Shown one piece after another: positions 51,118 to 60,219 of a stretch of DNA of 60,856 nt. Origin of the DNA: Candidatus Levybacteria bacterium RIFCSPHIGHO2_01_FULL_38_26 (GTDB lineage: Bacteria; Patescibacteriota; Microgenomatia; Levybacterales; UBA12049); the NCBI GenBank assembly GCA_001782075.1, contig MFNO01000004.1, positions 1 to 60,856 of the forward strand. The letters are read 5' to 3'. A model generated the notes under the pieces. That model saw only the letters and a program-made list of their open reading frames with translations. It ran no database searches and was not told where the DNA came from. Position 1 is the first letter of the stretch. Every line of letters begins with the position of its first letter. Both the position numbers and the translations under genes were made by a program.

Positions 51118-52185
51118 ATGTTTTTAAAGTCCATTTCTCTTCAGAATTTCAGAAACTACACAAAATCAGAATTTAACTTTGATAAAAATACCACTCTTAT
51201 CATCGGTCCAAATGCCTCTGGCAAGACTAATTTTTTAGAAGCTATTTTTTTCCTGTCAAGAGGAGGGAGTCTTAAAACAGAAAAAGATGAACAAGTAGTG
51301 CGGTTTGGTGAAGAAATAGCCCGTCTTTCTGGCTTGATTGGCGAAGTCGGGCTTGAGGTTATAATAGCCAAAGCTGGAGGAGAAAGAAGTATAAATCAAA
51401 AGAAGTACAAGGTTAATGGAGTTAGTAAAAAAAGAATTGATTTTGTAGGTAATCTTCTTGCCGTGGTTTTTTCTCCCTTGGATTTGGATATGGTCGTTGG
51501 CTCACCTTCTTTGAGGAGAAATTTTCTAAACAGTGTATTGGAACAGACAGATATCGATTACAGAAAAAATCTTCTGGAATTTACCAAGGCTTTGCGGCAG
51601 AGAAATGCTTTGCTTGAGAGAGTGAGAGAAAGTGGAGTCAGAGATGAGAGGCAGTTTGAGTATTGGGATAGTATTTTGATAAAAACAGGCACAGTTATTA
51701 CTAAAAAGAGGGAAGAGCTTATAAACTTTTTTAATAACTCCAAAAAGGACATTTTTGACTTTACGATCTTTTACGACAAAAGCATAATCTCAAAGGATAG
51801 ACTCTCGCAGTATAAAAATGCAGAATTGGGAGCAGGGGTAACTTTGGTTGGTCCACACAGAGATGATTTTTCGCTGCACATGTTTAACAACGAGATACAG
51901 ACTACCCATGATGTGAAATTCTTTGGATCGCGCGGGCAGCAAAGACTGGTGGTTTTACAGTTAAAACTTTTCGAGCTAGAGTTTATTGAAAAAAAACTTT
52001 CCGAGCGGCCAATTTTACTACTTGATGATATTTTTTCTGAGCTTGACAGGGAGCATATTAATTTAGTCCTTGAAATGCTAGGCAAACAACAGACGATTAT
52101 CACAACGACACATAGAGATCTGGCAGAAGGTGGATTCTTGAAGGAGGCAAGTGTGGTAGAATTGGTTAGTGATGGAAAAATTTAA
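51118..52185 (+). CDS. recF: DNA replication/repair protein RecF
   Basis: NFRNY, GPNASGKTN, GPHRDD, SRGQQR, LLLDDIFSELD. Confidence 0.96.
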   Translation: MFLKSISLQNFRNYTKSEFNFDKNTTLIIGPNASGKTNFLEAIFFLSRGGSLKTEKDEQVVRFGEEIARLSGLIGEVGLEVIIAKAGGERSINQKKYKVNGVSKKRIDFVGNLLAVVFSPLDLDMVVGSPSLRRNFLNSVLEQTDIDYRKNLLEFTKALRQRNALLERVRESGVRDERQFEYWDSILIKTGTVITKKREELINFFNNSKKDIFDFTIFYDKSIISKDRLSQYKNAELGAGVTLVGPHRDDFSLHMFNNEIQTTHDVKFFGSRGQQRLVVLQLKLFELEFIEKKLSERPILLLDDIFSELDREHINLVLEMLGKQQTIITTTHRDLAEGGFLKEASVVELVSDGKI

Positions 52186-53008
52186 CCCCAGTTTGTTAAA
52201 AGAACTATACGAGCCATCAGCGGGTTCTCACAAAGGACAAAACGGGAAACTTTTGGTAATTGGCGGATCAAAGCTTTTTCATGCCGCGTCTTTGTGGGCG
52301 CTTAAGATATCCTCGAGAATTGTTGATATGGTTTTTTATTCTTCAGTTACCGAAAACAACGAAATTGTACAAAAAGCAAAGCGTGAGTTTGGAGATGGAA
52401 TTGTAGTAAAACGAAGCCAAATAGACTCGTACGCAGAAGAAGCGGATTGTATTTTGATTGGCCCTGGTCTTCCAAGATTTGAAGGACAAGAAGAGGGTGA
52501 TGATGATACAAAAACACTCACTGAAAGTTTATTAAAGAAGTATCCGCATAAAAAATGGGTTATCGATGGCGGAAGCCTTCAGACGATTGATCCTAAGTTT
52601 ATTCCCAAAAATGCCATACTTACGCCTCATAGAAAAGAGTTCGAGAAGCTCTTCAAAGTCAAAAGTCAAAAGTCAAAAGTTGACGAAGAATATGTTCAGG
52701 AGATGGCGAAGAAGTACAACTGCATTATTCTTTTGAAAGGCAAGGAAGATATTGTTTGTTCGCCAACTGAATGTGTAAGAATAATTGGTGGCAATGCGGG
52801 GATGACAAAAGGAGGAACAGGAGACGTACTAGCTGGTTTGGTGGCAGCCTTGTATTGCAAAAATGATGCATTTTTGAGCGCGTGCGCGGGATCATATATA
52901 AATAAAAAAGCAGGGGAGAAGCTTTTTGAAAAAGTCGGGTATTACTTTAATTCTTCAGATTTGGCGGATGAGATACCAAAAGTGATGAGACATCTGATAA
53001 TAAAATAA
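52172..53008 (+). CDS. nnrD: ADP/ATP-dependent NAD(P)H-hydrate dehydratase
   Basis: SHKGQNG, IGPGL, ILTPH..EF, GGTGDVLAG. Confidence 0.9.
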   Translation: MEKFNPSLLKELYEPSAGSHKGQNGKLLVIGGSKLFHAASLWALKISSRIVDMVFYSSVTENNEIVQKAKREFGDGIVVKRSQIDSYAEEADCILIGPGLPRFEGQEEGDDDTKTLTESLLKKYPHKKWVIDGGSLQTIDPKFIPKNAILTPHRKEFEKLFKVKSQKSKVDEEYVQEMAKKYNCIILLKGKEDIVCSPTECVRIIGGNAGMTKGGTGDVLAGLVAALYCKNDAFLSACAGSYINKKAGEKLFEKVGYYFNSSDLADEIPKVMRHLIIK

Positions 53009-53026
53009 AACGGCCATGGAGCTGGT

Positions 53027-53710
53027 ATGGAAAATAACAAAAACTTTAGAGATAAAATTCCAGAGATACTTATAATTACGCTAGTCATTGGTTTTTATCT
53101 CGCTTTCTTCGCTTTTGTAAAAGGAAAAGTTCCTGACGCAGAAACATTAATTTCCATTGCCAAGAATTTGTATGGAGCATACGGGTATTACATTATTTTT
53201 TTAGGAGCTCTTTTGGAAGGGACATTTATTGTGGGTTTGTATTTGCCTGGGGCAACGGTAGTGCTTCTTGGAGCAGCTCTATCAAAGACGGGCGTTATTC
53301 AGTTTCCCATTGCTTTGGGAATTGGAATAGCAGGTTTTATGAGCGGATATATCATCAATTATTTTTTGGGGAAATATGGCTGGTATCGCGTCTTGAATCA
53401 TATGGGTCTTAAAAAAGGGATCGATATCGCAAAGGCAAAGCTTGAAAACAACGAGACAAGAACAATTCTTTTGGGATATTTTCACCCAGGCAGCGCTTCT
53501 TTTTTATCTACTGCTGCAGGCGTTATGAAGATCCCTATAAAGAGGTTTTTGGTTCTTAGTTTTATTGCGCAGTTATTTTGGAGTTTGGTATGGGGAAGCA
53601 TCGCTTATCTTTTTGGAGTGACCCTGGTTGAGTTGTTTCTCAAGTATTTTGGCTTCGTGGTGATTGGAGCTGTCGGTATTTGGCTACTCAGAAAATATTT
53701 AAAAAAGTAA
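53027..53710 (+). CDS. DedA family membrane protein
   Basis: LEG...GLYLPG, NYFLGKYG, AGVMKIP..RF. Confidence 0.88.
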   Translation: MENNKNFRDKIPEILIITLVIGFYLAFFAFVKGKVPDAETLISIAKNLYGAYGYYIIFLGALLEGTFIVGLYLPGATVVLLGAALSKTGVIQFPIALGIGIAGFMSGYIINYFLGKYGWYRVLNHMGLKKGIDIAKAKLENNETRTILLGYFHPGSASFLSTAAGVMKIPIKRFLVLSFIAQLFWSLVWGSIAYLFGVTLVELFLKYFGFVVIGAVGIWLLRKYLKK

Positions 53711-53712
53711 AA

Positions 53713-53898
53713 CTATCCCTTAGGAAGCTTGAAGCCAAAGTAGGAAAAGATTACTGTAGAAAGGAAGGCAACTCCCATTACGGTCGCAACGTCAAGTTCT
53801 TCTGCATATATGATAATAAATGCAGTTGCAAGCCATTGTATTACGATTACTATCGCGACCCAAGGATACTTGCTGTAAAAGTTCAGAAATTTATCCAT
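53713..53898 (-). CDS. Small two-TM membrane protein
   Basis: 61 aa, YPWV...WLA...FGF; directly downstream of the ABC1 kinase. Confidence 0.75.
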   Translation of the reverse strand: MDKFLNFYSKYPWVAIVIVIQWLATAFIIIYAEELDVATVMGVAFLSTVIFSYFGFKLPKG

Positions 53899-53903
53899 TG
53901 AGA

Positions 53904-55406
53904 TTACTTGTCTATTGCATTATATTCTTTAAACTTTTCTTTGACAAGTTGATATAATTCGGGATCTATCTCAACTAAATAGGCCAGCCAGTTATTCAGC
54001 TTTTCTATGGCCTTTTCCCTATTGATTCTTTTAAACAGAGGGACATAATCGTCATCATTTAATAATGTTTCTTCAGGATGAATTATAAGAAACTTTTTCA
54101 TCTCTTCAGCCAACATATAATCAAAATTTAACTCTTTGGATAAAAACCCGGTTATACTGAGAGTTCTGATAAATAATACAGCCTCTTTTGGAAGCTTTAC
54201 TTTATATTTTTGTCCAGCCTTTATGATTTGTAAATAAAATACTGTATAGTCTTTTGTCATGTTTTCCAATTCTTTTCTGCCAACAGCAACCAATTTGTTT
54301 ACTGTTTTTGAAAAATGATGAGAGAGAAGGTAAAATATCTCCTCAAATCTTTTTTCTGAGGCATCAGCAGGGAGGGCGCTTCCTATGATGCTTTTTAGTT
54401 CTTCGCTTGAAAAATTTGCAAAATGAAATATTGATTCATGTTGATTTTTAAAATCTTTGGGTTTTAACGAACTAGTGATTGATTTTACAAATGCGGCTTT
54501 GTTGTATTTAATAGTATTGCCAACAATGCCAAAATCGATTAGGGCAATTTTATTGTTTTGAAGAAGCAGAATGTTTCCGGGATGTGGATCGGCATGAAAG
54601 ACGTCATCCATAAAAAACTGTCTTAGAAATTCTTGAGTAAAAATACTTGGTATTTTTTTGATATCTATACCTCTTTTTTTTAGTTTTTCAGGAGTTAGCC
54701 TTCCGTCTTTTAGACCCAGATATACTCGGCTCAGAGGAATACCTTCTATATAGTCTTCAACCAAAATTCTTTTAGTTGAGATTTTTGGATATGTCTTTGG
54801 TATCACAATATTTTTATTGACTGAGGCATTCTTGCGAATTTTTTCCATGTTGTTAGCTTCAATTTGGTAGTCAAGTTCATTTTTTGTCCAACGTCTGAAT
54901 TCCCCAGCGAATTCTTTCCAGGGAAGTGCGTCAATTTTGAAGAATATGTCTGCAAAGACAGCAAAAATATAAATCAGCAAGAAATCTATTGCGACCATTT
55001 CCTCAATTCCTGGTCTTAGTATCTTGACTATCACTATGTGGTCATCTTCGAGTTTTGCTCCGTGTACTTGACCGAATGAGGCTGAGGCAAATGCTTTTTT
55101 CTGAAAATCTTTGAATATTTTTTGAGGAGTTGCTCCAAGTTCTTCAAGGAAAATTCTTTCAACATCCTCATAGGGAAAAGGTTTTACATTGTCAAAAAGG
55201 GCGATCATCTCAAGCGAATATTCTTTCGGCAGCACATCGACCCTAAGGGCCAATAGTTGTCCGAATTTAATAAATGATCCTCCTGCTTCTTCGAAGAAGT
55301 TCCGAAAAAGTTTTTCCTTTGGTTTTGAATAAAGATTTAGCTTTATTAGAATGTAAATAAAGGAGTATTTGGTTAGAACGCCTATGATATAGATAAATCT
55401 GAACAT
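53904..55406 (-). CDS. ABC1/UbiB family atypical kinase
   Basis: FIKFGQ, ASASFGQVH, VKILRP, ELDY..EA, FHADPHPGNI, IDFG. Confidence 0.93.
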   Translation of the reverse strand: MFRFIYIIGVLTKYSFIYILIKLNLYSKPKEKLFRNFFEEAGGSFIKFGQLLALRVDVLPKEYSLEMIALFDNVKPFPYEDVERIFLEELGATPQKIFKDFQKKAFASASFGQVHGAKLEDDHIVIVKILRPGIEEMVAIDFLLIYIFAVFADIFFKIDALPWKEFAGEFRRWTKNELDYQIEANNMEKIRKNASVNKNIVIPKTYPKISTKRILVEDYIEGIPLSRVYLGLKDGRLTPEKLKKRGIDIKKIPSIFTQEFLRQFFMDDVFHADPHPGNILLLQNNKIALIDFGIVGNTIKYNKAAFVKSITSSLKPKDFKNQHESIFHFANFSSEELKSIIGSALPADASEKRFEEIFYLLSHHFSKTVNKLVAVGRKELENMTKDYTVFYLQIIKAGQKYKVKLPKEAVLFIRTLSITGFLSKELNFDYMLAEEMKKFLIIHPEETLLNDDDYVPLFKRINREKAIEKLNNWLAYLVEIDPELYQLVKEKFKEYNAIDK

Positions 55407-55451
55407 AGATCCTCCAGGAGTCTCAGGATGAAAATGGACTTAAATCCATTT

Positions 55452-55604
55452 TCAGTTTCTCGCAAAGCCCAAAAAGAAGATAATAAGAACCGTAACAGAA
55501 GCATACAAATATAAAGTTGTAGAATCAACGATTTTAAAACCAATTACCAATAGCGATGCTAGCCAGACACCGCAGATTGATAGGCAGACCCAAGGATACC
55601 GCAT
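55452..55604 (-). CDS. Small two-TM membrane protein (50 aa, not in the ORF track), paralog of 53713-53898
   Basis: Hand translation MRYPWVCLSICGVWLASLLVIGFKIVDSTTLYLYASVTVLIIFFLGFARN*. Confidence 0.75.
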   Translation of the reverse strand: MRYPWVCLSICGVWLASLLVIGFKIVDSTTLYLYASVTVLIIFFLGFARN

Positions 55605-55654
55605 ATGGTTTCAGTATATGAAATTAAAATTTCAAAAGCAAACGTAGGCGTATG

Positions 55655-55936
55655 CTATTGTCTATTTTCCAGTCTTTTTAGGACTCTTGAGAGCTGGATG
55701 GTTATAAAGACCGCAAGAGCTGTAATGATTATCGCGTAGATTAAGAGCGAGATAATGCCGCTTTCCTGAGGGAGCCACTTCTTAATATAATTATTGACAA
55801 ATTCTTGAATCACGCTGTTCCATGCAAGAGCCGCAACCAACCCAAAACCGCTGGTTGTTAACGTCAGCATTTGCCTGACTACTTCAATGTGAAGTCTTTT
55901 TTGCGCAGCAGTGGTTTTTTGAGTTTCTTCCGGCAT
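55655..55936 (-). CDS. Small membrane protein (DUF5654-like)
   Basis: TSGFGLVAALAWN...LIYAIIIT. Confidence 0.8.
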   Translation of the reverse strand: MPEETQKTTAAQKRLHIEVVRQMLTLTTSGFGLVAALAWNSVIQEFVNNYIKKWLPQESGIISLLIYAIIITALAVFITIQLSRVLKRLENRQ

Positions 55937-55959
55937 GAATGTATAATACTATGTAACAA

Positions 55960-56058
55960 GTCAAAAATCAAAAAATAAAAAATCAAAACCAAGTTCAAAG
56001 CTAAAAGTTTTTAAACTTTAAACTAGACTTTGATCTTTGCGCTTTGACCTTTGAGCTT
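55960..56058. repeat. Inverted heptamer array in the Fic gene leader
   Basis: tcaaaaa/ttcaaag units followed by ctttgat/ctttgcg/ctttgac/ctttgag units. Confidence 0.78.
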
Positions 56059-56061
56059 TTT

Positions 56062-57120
56062 ATGTATCAGCCTAAGTTTACCATTACTAACAAAATCCTA
56101 AAAAATATAGGCATTATCGAAGCCTGTCGTGAAGTTATAGACAATGCGCCGCTTTTGCCCTACTACGAAAAACAATTTCGAGAAAATGCATTGGTAAGAA
56201 CTGTTCATTATGGCACGCATATCGAGGGAAATGAGCTGAATCTTATCCAGGCAGAGCAGGTTATGCAGGGGGAAGAAGTAGTTGCAAGAGATCGTGATAT
56301 ACAAGAGGTAATTAACTACAGAAAAGCAATGGAATATATTGATAAATCTCAAGTCGATAACTCAAAGCTCAAAGATCAGATTGACGAAAATTTAATAAAG
56401 CATCTGCACATATTGACAGTTGATAGAATTCTCGATCCAAAAAAATGTGGGGAATATAGAAAAACACAGGTCGTGGTTAAGAATAACAGAACCCTGGAAG
56501 TAGCATTTCGTCCGCCTGGCTCAGAATCGGTGTCAAGACAAATTAAGGAACTTATTGCATTTATAAATGCGTCCCAAAACAAGGATATTCATCCCGTTTT
56601 GAAAAGCGGAATTGTTCATTATGAATTAGTAAGAATTCACCCTTTTGTTGATGGAAATGGGCGGGTTGCCAGAGCTTTGTCGACCCTAATTTTGTTTTTG
56701 GAAGGATATGATATTCGAAAATTCTTTTCTCTTGAAGAATATTTTGACTTTAACTCTTCGGATTATTATTCGGCGCTGCAGAGCGTTGAGAAAAATCAGG
56801 GGGATTTGACTAATTGGCTTGAGTATTTTACAGAAGGATTAGCAATTGAGCTTTCTAAAATAAAAGAAAGGGTGGAGAGGATATCTGTAGACGGGAAGAT
56901 TAAAGAGAAACTTGGGGGGAAACCTCTTCTCCTAACGGATCGCCAGCTTAAAATTATTGAATATATCCAGCAGGCAGGTTACTTGCAAAATAAATCTTTT
57001 GAGCAATTATTTCCAATGGTGTCTGAGGACACGATACTAAATGAATTAAAAGTTTTGTTAAAAAACGGCATTGTAAAGAAGCAGGGAGTAACCAAAGGCG
57101 CAAAATACGTGATGGCTTAG
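56062..57120 (+). CDS. Fic family protein with C-terminal wHTH
   Basis: Canonical HPFVDGNGRVAR; THIEGN. Confidence 0.93.
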   Translation: MYQPKFTITNKILKNIGIIEACREVIDNAPLLPYYEKQFRENALVRTVHYGTHIEGNELNLIQAEQVMQGEEVVARDRDIQEVINYRKAMEYIDKSQVDNSKLKDQIDENLIKHLHILTVDRILDPKKCGEYRKTQVVVKNNRTLEVAFRPPGSESVSRQIKELIAFINASQNKDIHPVLKSGIVHYELVRIHPFVDGNGRVARALSTLILFLEGYDIRKFFSLEEYFDFNSSDYYSALQSVEKNQGDLTNWLEYFTEGLAIELSKIKERVERISVDGKIKEKLGGKPLLLTDRQLKIIEYIQQAGYLQNKSFEQLFPMVSEDTILNELKVLLKNGIVKKQGVTKGAKYVMA

Positions 57121-57125
57121 AGTTT

Positions 57126-57740
57126 TTATTGCGTATTAGGTCGGGTTATTGGGGTAATGGTGGTATCCCCAGAAACATCTTTTGAAATTTTTAGCTGATA
57201 ATCTGCAGTTTGTATGGGACGCAGCTCATTATAGGCAGCCTGAAATCTTGAAAGTATTTGATTTGCGCTTTCTCTTGTATTTTCATCTTGAGCTCCAAGG
57301 CTGATCATTTCAGAATGTCCCCGAAGAGGACCAAGCGCGTTGTTAAAGTTATGCTGCAGGGCATTGTTGAGCTCGTTAAGCGTTGGGGTAGTAGAGTCGT
57401 TGATAATAATTTCGGATTGGGGAATTTCTTCCTCTTCTTGTCTCTCTTCCGAGAAAACGAAATCAGACCCGCCTATACGTGGAATAATTTTTACCTCTTC
57501 AGAATATCGAAGGTTTGATATTAAATCAAGTACTCTCGTGATAGATTCTTCCATTGCATTTACATCGTCATCTTTTACCTGTGGGTTATTCTTGAGATTA
57601 TTAACATATGGCTTAATCTGTTCAAGCTGCCCACCCATAAGTTTTCTTAATCCAGCGCCCAACGCACGAGCGGTTTCTCTTGGCATTAGTATTTCTTGTT
57701 GCTTTATGTTCTCGGGTTTTGATTCTGGCGTTGGATCCAT
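57126..57740 (-). CDS. Hypothetical protein with a HisKA/DHp-like segment
   Basis: ALQHNFNNALGPLRGHSEMI resembles an H-box; no ATPase domain. Confidence 0.55.
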   Translation of the reverse strand: MDPTPESKPENIKQQEILMPRETARALGAGLRKLMGGQLEQIKPYVNNLKNNPQVKDDDVNAMEESITRVLDLISNLRYSEEVKIIPRIGGSDFVFSEERQEEEEIPQSEIIINDSTTPTLNELNNALQHNFNNALGPLRGHSEMISLGAQDENTRESANQILSRFQAAYNELRPIQTADYQLKISKDVSGDTTITPITRPNTQ

Positions 57741-57784
57741 GTTTAAACAGTTTAACAAAAAAATTATTGTGATACAATAGTTGC

Positions 57785-59572
57785 GTGACATTTGCAATCC
57801 TTTCTTCCTATTTCGAAAAGCTGGAAGAGACTTCTTCGAGACTTGCTTTGATTGATATTTTATCCGATCTTTTCAAAGAATCTTCGAAAGACGAGATAGA
57901 TAAAATTGTTTATCTGACGCAGGGACGAATTGCTCCGTTTTTTGAACCTATTGAGATAGGTATGGCGGAGAAGACAGTCGCTCAGGCATTGGCGAAAGCA
58001 TATAGTTCTACCAAAGAAGAAGTTCTGATATTGTACGGTAAGGTTGGTGATATGGGTTTAGTAGCTGAGCAACTGTCTAAAAATCAAAAATCAATCCTTC
58101 GACAAGCTCGGGACAAAAATCAAAAATTATCTGTAAGCGAAGTGTTTGAAATATTGACAAAAATAGCCAAGACTTCGGGAGAGGGGACGGTTGAGAAAAG
58201 ACAAACTCTATTATCAGATCTTTTAAAGAAACTCGACCCAGTTTCAGCAAAACATCTGGTAAGAATTCCCCTTGGCAACATACGCCTGGGCATTGGAGAT
58301 CCGACTGTCTTGGATGGTTTGGCAAAGGCCGCGTCAAACGCGGCTGGCGCAAAATTTGATAGAACCATGGCTAGAAAACCCCTTGAAGGCGCATATAATA
58401 GAACTTCGGACTTGGGTCTTATTGCCAAAACTTTGTGGGAAGAAGGTTTGGATTCTGTTCAAAAATTAAAAGTACAGATTGGTAAACCAATTAGGTCAGA
58501 ACTTTGCGAACGATTGCCAAATCCAGAAAAAGTTTTTGAGAAGATGGGGGAGAGAATCCACGCGACTCCTAAATATGACGGATTCAGAGTGCAAATTCAC
58601 AAAGATGGCAACAAGGTCTCTATGTTTTCCAGAAATCTTGAAAATATGACGCATATGTTTCCGGAGCTGATAGAAGGGGCCCTAAAACAGGTAAGAGCAA
58701 AGACGGCAATTTTGGATACGGAGGCCTTGGCGTACCAAAAAGAATCTGAAGAATTTTTGCCTTTCCAGGAGACAACAAAAAGAAGAAGAAAACACAATAT
58801 ATTGGAGATGGCAAAAAGTCTACCCTTGAGAGCTTTTGTATTTGATATTTTGTATGTTGATGGGAAGTCTCTTATAGATACAGCGCTTGTTGAGCGGATG
58901 GAGATATTAAAAAAGACAGTTAAACAAGACGATATTCTTATTCCTTCCCCAGGCAAGATTCTTGATGATCCAAAAGATTTGCAGCTTATGCTTGAAGACT
59001 CGATATCAAAAGGTCTTGAGGGAGTAGTAGTTAAAAAAACAGAATCTCCTTATGAAGCAGGAGGGAGGAGTTTTAATTGGGTGAAGCTCAAGAGACACTC
59101 TGCCGGAGAGCTGCAGGACACAATAGACTGTGTGATTTTGGGCTATATTTCAGGGAAAGGGAAAAGAACAGCATTCGGAGCAGGAGCGCTTTTAGTCGGG
59201 CTTTATGATGATGATAAAGATGAGTTCGTGACGGTCTCGAAAATTGGAACAGGCTTGACAGACGAGGAATGGAGAGAGATCCACAAAAGAGCGGATAAAG
59301 TAAAAGTGGATCATAAGCCGGCAAGAGTTAATTCATTGACTATCCCTTCTGTTTGGATTCGTCCTTCAATTGTGATAGAGGTATTGGCTGATGAGATCAC
59401 GCGTTCTCCTGTTCATACGGCAGGAGCTATTATTAATGATGGAGTGAAGGAGCCTGGCTATGCGCTTCGGTTTCCGCGTTTGGTGTCCTTCAGAGGAGGA
59501 GATAAGCGCGCCGAGGATGCGACAACGGTTAAGGAATTAATTAGTATGTACAATCAACAGGGAAAGAAATAA
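57785..59572 (+). CDS. lig: ATP-dependent DNA ligase (archaeal/eukaryotic type)
   Basis: KYDGFR, FSRNLE, FDIL, EGVVVK, WVKLK, LRFPR. Confidence 0.95.
   Translation: MTFAILSSYFEKLEETSSRLALIDILSDLFKESSKDEIDKIVYLTQGRIAPFFEPIEIGMAEKTVAQALAKAYSSTKEEVLILYGKVGDMGLVAEQLSKNQKSILRQARDKNQKLSVSEVFEILTKIAKTSGEGTVEKRQTLLSDLLKKLDPVSAKHLVRIPLGNIRLGIGDPTVLDGLAKAASNAAGAKFDRTMARKPLEGAYNRTSDLGLIAKTLWEEGLDSVQKLKVQIGKPIRSELCERLPNPEKVFEKMGERIHATPKYDGFRVQIHKDGNKVSMFSRNLENMTHMFPELIEGALKQVRAKTAILDTEALAYQKESEEFLPFQETTKRRRKHNILEMAKSLPLRAFVFDILYVDGKSLIDTALVERMEILKKTVKQDDILIPSPGKILDDPKDLQLMLEDSISKGLEGVVVKKTESPYEAGGRSFNWVKLKRHSAGELQDTIDCVILGYISGKGKRTAFGAGALLVGLYDDDKDEFVTVSKIGTGLTDEEWREIHKRADKVKVDHKPARVNSLTIPSVWIRPSIVIEVLADEITRSPVHTAGAIINDGVKEPGYALRFPRLVSFRGGDKRAEDATTVKELISMYNQQGKK
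58080..58128. repeat. TTCGAC hairpin inside a TCAAAAA tract, in frame within lig
   Basis: aaaatcaaaaatcaa-tccttcgacaagctcggga-caaaaatcaaaaatt. Confidence 0.8.
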
Positions 59573-59576
59573 GCAT

Positions 59577-60155
59577 TTAGTCAATGCCTAATCTTTTCAT
59601 CCATTGATTTTCTGCATAATTATGTAGAAGTTCGTAGGTGTAGATATAGCCAATTATTTTATCGGTTTTTGTTAAATTCATTGTAGGATTAGGGCGATTG
59701 CTTTGGCCTAGTTGATATGATTCGTATGTATGTTTAATATTATTCATTAATAAAGGGTTTTCTGCATGAAACCTTTCCAACAATGAATTTATATTTTTCT
59801 TTTCGATGAAAGTAATAGTATCTTCTGTTTCAACTCTGTTTAAGTTTCTTGGATCTCGAGTAAATATAGGCGTGTCCATGGAGTATTCTTGTATATATTC
59901 AGAGGATGGACGTTGTAATTCTTTTCCCATCTTCTGAGCTTCTCTAGCCAGAAGAATATATACTTCTTGCCCTCCTAAGCTCGTTAAAGGATTGGGTAGG
60001 TTTGATAAAAAATTTCGCAGTGGATCTTCTGTTGGTATGCCTGTCTTTACAAATGATTCTGGGTCTGTTTCTAGCCTGGCTCGTCTCAAATCGTCAATTG
60101 TATCTCTTTTTACTTGAGGCAGCAACACGTGTGGTATATGTTCTCGTGTTTCCAT
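59577..60155 (-). CDS. Hypothetical protein
   Basis: ORF with TATAAT shortly upstream of ATG 60155. Confidence 0.55.
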   Translation of the reverse strand: METREHIPHVLLPQVKRDTIDDLRRARLETDPESFVKTGIPTEDPLRNFLSNLPNPLTSLGGQEVYILLAREAQKMGKELQRPSSEYIQEYSMDTPIFTRDPRNLNRVETEDTITFIEKKNINSLLERFHAENPLLMNNIKHTYESYQLGQSNRPNPTMNLTKTDKIIGYIYTYELLHNYAENQWMKRLGID

Positions 60156-60219
60156 TTGACGATGATTATACATCATATATTTCAGATTGTAAAACAATTC
60201 ATTAATCCTAACTATTGAG

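Noticed and set aside
55407-55454. Degenerate TGTCAT-family element upstream of the ABC1 kinase (minus strand tcatcctgag...gaggatct)
   Set aside because: Only one partial arm matches; too weak to count as a copy
56062-57740. Fic plus neighbour as a toxin-antitoxin pair
   Set aside because: The genes are convergent and no small upstream antitoxin is present
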